From contig JAWLEP010000017.1 in assembly GCA_041686025.1 (NCBI GenBank), positions 1 through 30,420 of the forward strand: a stretch of DNA of 30,420 bases, written 5' to 3'. Numbering within the stretch: the first letter of the stretch is position 1; each line of letters starts with the position of its first letter. The DNA comes from Candidatus Fermentibacteraceae bacterium. GTDB taxonomy: Bacteria; Fermentibacterota; Fermentibacteria; Fermentibacterales; JCC-6. The notes under the pieces are model-generated. The model did no database searches and was not told the origin of the DNA. It saw nothing but the letters and a program-made list of their open reading frames with translations. The position numbers and the translations under genes are program-made. Of this stretch, positions 26,184-30,420 are shown in pieces.

Positions 26184-27383
26184 ATGAGCCTCGCGTCGGA
26201 GCTCCGAGACCCCCTGGCGTCCCGCTGGGGGCTGGACCCGGACGTCACCTTCCTGAACCACGGCTCCTTCGGCGCCTGCCCCACTGCCGTCAGAGAAAGG
26301 CGCTGCGAGCTTCTGGACGAGTTGGAGGGTCAGCCGGTGGATTTCATGATCCGCCGGCTGCCCGCCATGTACTTCGATGTCGTTCGGCGGCTGGAGGACT
26401 TCCTGGGCGCCGAGAGGGGCAGCATCGTCCTGCTTCCCAACGCCACCAGCGGAGTGGCCACCGCCCTGGCGGCGACGGAGGTCCGGCCCGGCGAGACCAT
26501 CCTCACCACCGGCCAGGAGTACTTCGCCACCCGCAACGCCGTGTACAGGAAGGCGGCTGAGAGCGGGGCGGAGGTAGTGGAGGTTCCCGCGCCCTTTCCC
26601 GTGGGCAGCGAAGAGGAGCTCATGGCCCCCATACTGGAGGCGGCGGGCCCGGGGACGGCGCTGGTGGTCCTGGACCACATATTCAGCCCCTCCGGAGTGG
26701 TCCTTCCCCTGAAGCGCCTGCTTTCGGAGATGGGCCCGGACCGGCCGGTGGTGATCGTCGACGGCGCCCACGGCCCGGGCCAGGTGGAGCTGGACCTGGC
26801 CGGCCTGGGGGCCGACTTCTACACCGGCAACTGCCACAAGTGGCTGTGCTCTCCCAAGAGCTGCGCCGTCCTCTACACCCGGCCCGACCGCCAGGACAGG
26901 GTGCGCCCCCTGGCCCAGAGCTACACCCCCGACGACATAGAGGCGGGCCTCTCCAGATACCAGCTGGAGCACTTCTGGAACGGCACCTACGATCCCACTC
27001 CCCGGCTCACGGTCCCCGACGCCATCGACTGCATGGCGGCCATGGTGGAGGGAGGATGGCCCGAGATAATGTCATCCAACCGCCGCAAGGTCCTGCAGGG
27101 TCGGGAGGCCCTCTGCTCCCGCCTGGGCATCGCCCCCCCCTGCCCGGAGGAGCTGGTGGGCTCCATGGCGGCGGTCCCCCTTCCCTGGTCGCAGCCCCCC
27201 CACCCCAGGCGGCCGGACTGGGTGGACCCCCTGCAGGCGGGGCTGCGCCGGCGGGGCATCGAGGTCCCGGTGACCTGGTCGAGGGCGCCGAAGCGGCGCC
27301 TGCTGCGCATAAGCGCCCAGCTCTACAACGGCCCCGACGAGTACGCCCTCCTCGCCGAGCAGTGCCTGACGTTAACTAGTTAA
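26184..27383 (+). CDS. Class V PLP-dependent enzyme (isopenicillin N epimerase / L-cysteine desulfhydrase / EgtE-like)
   Basis: FLNHGSFGACP, NATSG, DHI.SPSG, VDGAHGPG, GNCHKW (PLP Lys), GTYD, RISAQLYN. Confidence 0.9.
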   Translation: MSLASELRDPLASRWGLDPDVTFLNHGSFGACPTAVRERRCELLDELEGQPVDFMIRRLPAMYFDVVRRLEDFLGAERGSIVLLPNATSGVATALAATEVRPGETILTTGQEYFATRNAVYRKAAESGAEVVEVPAPFPVGSEEELMAPILEAAGPGTALVVLDHIFSPSGVVLPLKRLLSEMGPDRPVVIVDGAHGPGQVELDLAGLGADFYTGNCHKWLCSPKSCAVLYTRPDRQDRVRPLAQSYTPDDIEAGLSRYQLEHFWNGTYDPTPRLTVPDAIDCMAAMVEGGWPEIMSSNRRKVLQGREALCSRLGIAPPCPEELVGSMAAVPLPWSQPPHPRRPDWVDPLQAGLRRRGIEVPVTWSRAPKRRLLRISAQLYNGPDEYALLAEQCLTLTS

Positions 27384-27389
27384 CTATTT
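27371..27389. promoter_or_regulatory. AT-rich palindrome / tandem 8-bp boxes, putative operator
   Basis: Perfect 14-bp palindrome GTTAACTAGTTAAC (27371-27384) and direct repeat (GTTAACTA)x2 within ~68% GC DNA. Confidence 0.55.
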
Positions 27390-27478
27390 TCTGGAACAGG
27401 ATCAGGCCCTGACCTGTTGAGCATCTTTGACGACGAGCCTCGAAACGAGCAACAGCTTCAGAAGGAGGCACGCCTGCG

Positions 27479-27682
27479 ATGGAATGCAAGAAAGAGAAGA
27501 ATCTGGACAGATGCAACTGCACCTACGAGCCCTGCCCCCGCAAGGGCGTCTGCTGCGAATGCATAGCCTATCACCTGCGCAGCCGGCAGCTGCCGGGCTG
27601 CGTGTTCTCCGATGAGGAGGAGAGGACCTGGGACAGGTCCTTCGAGAACTTCGCCAGACTGGTCCGCGGGGGAAAGATCTGA
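27479..27682 (+). CDS. Small Cys-rich protein (DUF6485-like)
   Basis: AGGAGG SD; 67 aa with CNC...C..KG.CCECI.YH....LPGC.F...E.T.DRS pattern (8 Cys). Confidence 0.85.
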   Translation: MECKKEKNLDRCNCTYEPCPRKGVCCECIAYHLRSRQLPGCVFSDEEERTWDRSFENFARLVRGGKI

Positions 27683-27694
27683 CCGCGCGCCAGC

Positions 27695-27725
27695 TTGCCG
27701 TCCGTCTTCCGCGGAGGAATATTCT
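27695..27725 (+). promoter_or_regulatory. Weak putative promoter with GAATATTC palindrome over the -10
   Basis: TTGCCG (27695-27700), 19 nt, TATTCT (27720-27725); spacing is suboptimal. Confidence 0.3.
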
Positions 27726-27773
27726 CCCAGGCGGCGCCATCACGTCCCCCCGGCCGCCCGAAAGGGGGAGGCA

Positions 27774-28178
27774 ATGCCCGCGAACAAGCTGGTGGTGCGC
27801 TTCCGGGACGGCAGGGTCCTGAAGGGCCACTCCATGGACTTCAACCCCAACAGGGAGGTCTTCCATCTGGTCACCGGGGGCTACCCCCAGGTGCGGACCA
27901 CGGTGGAGGTGGCCAAGCTGAAGGCCGTCTTCTTCGTGAAGAACTACAAGGGCGATCCGAACTACGTTCCCAGCAACGAGTTCGACCCAGACGGCAGCTA
28001 CATCGGCAAGAAGCTGAAGGTCACATTCCTCGATGGAGAGGTGATGGCGGGAGTCCGCCAGGGGTACAGAGAGAACAGCCCCGGCTTCTTCCTGGCCCCG
28101 GTGGATGCGGAGGGCAACACCGAGCGCGCCTTCATCGTCAACGATGCCGTGAAGTCTGTGGAAGAGGTCTTGGTCTAG
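27774..28178 (+). CDS. DUF6982-like protein with internal two-fold repeat
   Basis: GGAGG SD; KLVVRFRDGRVLKG and KLKVTFLDGEVMAG repeated units; LKAVFFVK, GFFL.P.D..GN.ER.F. Confidence 0.8.
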   Translation: MPANKLVVRFRDGRVLKGHSMDFNPNREVFHLVTGGYPQVRTTVEVAKLKAVFFVKNYKGDPNYVPSNEFDPDGSYIGKKLKVTFLDGEVMAGVRQGYRENSPGFFLAPVDAEGNTERAFIVNDAVKSVEEVLV

Positions 28179-28202
28179 CAGTCAGGCTCCGCTGCCAGGA
28201 TG

Positions 28203-28625
28203 CTACTGCTCAGCCGTCCTCTGTACCTCGGCGGAGCCGCGGGTGCAGTAGTAGCCCCACTCCAGGCCCTTCTCCGCAGTCACCGGGCAGTCGGGGCATA
28301 TGCAGCCCACCTCGTCCACGATGCACTCGCTCATGCCCACCGCACAGTAGCCGCCCTCGCCCTTCTCGGCGGCCTCCGGCACCCAGCTGGGACAGTCGGG
28401 GCAGATGCAGTTCTCCATCACCCAGGCCGTCATCTCCTCCTCGGTCATCTCCGTCTCTTCCTCGGTGTCGATGACCTCGGCCTCCTGCTCGGCGGTCTGT
28501 GTCTCGCCGGCGGCCCCGCCGGTCTCCTCGACTGCCTCCTCGGCCTGCTCTTCACCGTTGCCGCAGGCCATGAATACCGCCAGAAGAATGACGGCGGCCC
28601 ATATGGGCAGCGTCTTCCAGTTCAC
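28203..28625 (-). CDS. Lipoprotein with acidic linker and DUF2769-like Cys-rich domain
   Basis: GTG start after a purine-rich SD; lipobox FMAC; Glu/Thr-rich linker; CICPDCPSW...YC..G.SEC....GCICPDCPV....L..GYYC..G. Confidence 0.85.
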   Translation of the reverse strand: MNWKTLPIWAAVILLAVFMACGNGEEQAEEAVEETGGAAGETQTAEQEAEVIDTEEETEMTEEEMTAWVMENCICPDCPSWVPEAAEKGEGGYCAVGMSECIVDEVGCICPDCPVTAEKGLEWGYYCTRGSAEVQRTAEQ

Positions 28626-28674
28626 CGTGCTCCCCCTCTCTCCTCCATTTTCATAGTAGAACGATCAGATAAGT

Positions 28675-28704
28675 AGAATACCGCCGTATTAGTCGGAGTG
28701 TCAA
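28675..28704 (-). promoter_or_regulatory. Putative sigma70 promoter for the DUF2769-like lipoprotein with overlapping inverted repeat
   Basis: Minus strand TTGACA (28704-28699), 18 nt, TATTCT (28680-28675); AATAC-CGCC-GTATT inverted repeat at 28677-28690. Confidence 0.65.
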
Positions 28705-28855
28705 TGAGATCGGTACATCACTTAGCCACAGGCGGATGACGCCCGCTTACAAGCTGCCCAGAGGAGAACCGGGGTGGATACCGAAATCGTATGTCTACGC
28801 CCATTCCTGCTTGAAGGCCCGGCATAAGCAGAGCATGATTTCACAGAGCGGAAGG

Positions 28856-30079
28856 CTATTTCACTATCACGAACAGCTCTGCGGCGGACGCCCTGTCCAT
28901 CTCAATCCGGGCCAGGTATGTGCCGGCATCGTATCTGGAGGTGTCCATCGAGTACAGATGAATCCCTCTGCTCTGCCAGCCGACCGACGCTACAGTAATA
29001 ACTCTGCCGGTGACATCGTACACGTGAACCTCCACATAACCCGCAACGGGAACTGCATAGGAGATCACTGTGGAGGAGACCGCCGGATTGGGCTGGATGC
29101 AGACGATCCCCAGGCCATCCGCGGCGAGATCGGAATCACCGATGCCTGTCTCATCCGTGTGAAGACCAATGCTGTGCCTCCATCCTCCTGCCGCTGAGAC
29201 GAAGTTCTCGTTGGGCTCGGGCACGTCGCACTGCCCATTGTCCTCCAGCCCCCAGCAGTAGATGGCACCCCAGTACTTGACCCCCATACTGTGCCACTGT
29301 CCCGCTCCCACTTCCACGAAACCGGAGTTGGGGCTGGGCGGCCAGCACTGGCCGTTACTGCTCGCACCCCAGCAGAGTACGGTTCCGTCCTCCTTCAGGC
29401 CGATGCTGTGAAATCCACCCGCGGCTATGGATATGAAATCCGTGTTCCCCACGGGTACGTCGCACTGGCCGGAGTAGTTGCATCCCCAGCATTCGATTGA
29501 GCTGTCTTCCCGCAGCGCCATGCTGTGAGTCCAGCCTGCAGATATCCGCTCGAAATTCCCGTTGGGCTCCGGAACCTGGCACTGTCCCCAGCCGTTGCCC
29601 CCCCAGCAGACTACTGTGCCGTCCTCCTTAAGGCCCATGCTGTGGAAGCCTCCGGCAGCAACCGCCGTGAAGCCCGTATTGGGCTCGGGCACGTCGCACT
29701 GCCCGAACTCGTTCCAGCCCCAGCAGACCACAGAGCCGTCGGCCTTAACCCCAAGGCTGTGGAAGCTCCCCGCAGCCACGCACGTGAAGTCCTCGTTGGG
29801 CTCGGGGATATCGCACTGGCCATGGTAGTTCCCTCCCCAGCATGCCACGGTACCATCCTGCCTCAGTGCGATGCAATGTCCACCAGCCCACTTCGTCTCG
29901 TAGGAACCGCCTCCAGCGGCGATCTGAACAAAACCCTCATTCGGCTCGGGCACCTCGCACTCGCCGTGTGTGTTGCTTCCCCAGCAGACAACAGAGCCAT
30001 CAGTCTGACCGTACGCCGAACCTCCGGCAGCCAGGACCGCAAGCCAAAGCGGCAAATCTGTGGCAAGTCTTGCTCCCAT
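28856..30079 (-). CDS. Secreted RCC1/BLIP-II-like 7-repeat beta-propeller with T9SS/FlgD-like C-terminal domain
   Basis: GGAG SD then ATG 30079; signal peptide; seven ~39-aa repeats DGxVxCWGxNxxGQCxVPxPNxxFxxxAAGxxHSxGL; tail QPNP....ISY......V.VYDVTGR......G.Y. Confidence 0.88.
   Translation of the reverse strand: MGARLATDLPLWLAVLAAGGSAYGQTDGSVVCWGSNTHGECEVPEPNEGFVQIAAGGGSYETKWAGGHCIALRQDGTVACWGGNYHGQCDIPEPNEDFTCVAAGSFHSLGVKADGSVVCWGWNEFGQCDVPEPNTGFTAVAAGGFHSMGLKEDGTVVCWGGNGWGQCQVPEPNGNFERISAGWTHSMALREDSSIECWGCNYSGQCDVPVGNTDFISIAAGGFHSIGLKEDGTVLCWGASSNGQCWPPSPNSGFVEVGAGQWHSMGVKYWGAIYCWGLEDNGQCDVPEPNENFVSAAGGWRHSIGLHTDETGIGDSDLAADGLGIVCIQPNPAVSSTVISYAVPVAGYVEVHVYDVTGRVITVASVGWQSRGIHLYSMDTSRYDAGTYLARIEMDRASAAELFVIVK
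29156..30001 (-). repeat. Seven intragenic ~117-bp RCC1-like repeats
   Basis: Recurring + strand blocks such as TTGGGCTCGGGCACGTCGCACTG and CCCCAGCA at ~117-nt period (the first repeat has a 9-aa insertion). Confidence 0.9.
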
Positions 30080-30319
30080 GGCATCTCCCAGTCTCAAAAT
30101 CCGGGACCCGGGGAATTTGCGCATGTTTTCCCGGCTCGGAATAGCATCTGCCAAAATTCCCATCTCCCTATAGGACATATGTCTGCATGTCTCTGATGTC
30201 CAGCGAGATCATCCATTGCGCTGTCGCACAAATTCCGGTCGATCACGTTTCTATAGCAGTCGCTATGACGATATGTTGGAAGATATGCCGATTGATACAG
30301 GCTTCAAGGAGGCGGAACG

Positions 30320-30420
30320 GGACTGGAGTTTGCGGCAGCAAACTCCCTCGCTCAAACGGGCAAGGCGACGCTGGACTGGAGTTTGCGGCAGCAAACTCCC
30401 TCGCTCAAACAGGCAAGGCG
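30320..30420. repeat. Tandem palindromic repeat, 53-bp period (REP-like), truncated by the window end
   Basis: 48-bp copies at 30320-30367 and 30373-30420 differ by one base; each contains the perfect stem GGAGTTTGC-ggca-GCAAACTCC. Confidence 0.9.

Noticed and set aside
28736..29197. 153-aa + strand ORF (and 29525-30196)
   Set aside because: Antisense to the clearly patterned RCC1/CTD gene, with no recognisable motifs.
29156..30001. Diversity-generating retroelement TR/VR pair in the RCC1 repeats
   Set aside because: Differences between repeats are not visibly adenine-specific, all copies are in-frame coding, and no reverse transcriptase is in the window.
30320..30420. CRISPR array
   Set aside because: Units are 48 of 53 bp repeated with only a 5-nt gap, so there are no unique spacers; no cas genes in the window.

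Overview
High-GC (roughly 68-70% by spot counts) bacterial chromosome segment. It probably comes from an FCB-related candidate phylum such as Ca. Fermentibacteria; this is inferred from a secreted protein ending in a TWGxIK motif and two secreted proteins with T9SS/FlgD-like C-terminal domains. Most of it is tightly packed + strand housekeeping operons: (i) ispH-ubiA fusion plus an SH3 lipoprotein; (ii) purB, a membrane GAF/degenerate GGDEF protein, purL, purQ, a tandem PurS-like protein, a TIGR03960-type radical SAM fusion, Rne/Rng, rplU and folD; (iii) a DUF948-like protein, a DUF4837-like lipoprotein, a TPR protein, aroQ, efp and a DPM1-like glycosyltransferase. These are followed by dacB (-), a SurA/PrsA-like lipoprotein, a zinc-ribbon membrane protein, a GH18 multidomain protein (-), an M20 peptidase, a PEBP protein and a class V PLP enzyme. 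The right end has small Cys-rich/DUF proteins (DUF6485-, DUF6982- and DUF2769-like), a lower-GC 7-repeat RCC1/BLIP-II-like secreted protein (-), and a 53-bp-period palindromic tandem repeat running off the edge. I saw no rRNA, tRNA, CRISPR array or transposase. The most interesting candidates are a PelD-like c-di-GMP receptor coupled to purL, a fused PurS dimer, a CTG-start gene beginning with PPP coupled to efp, and an uncharacterised Cys-rich metal/sulfur cluster (26.2-28.7 kb) with an AT-rich operator-like palindrome and a structured leader. Family names are from motif recognition by eye, not from database searches.
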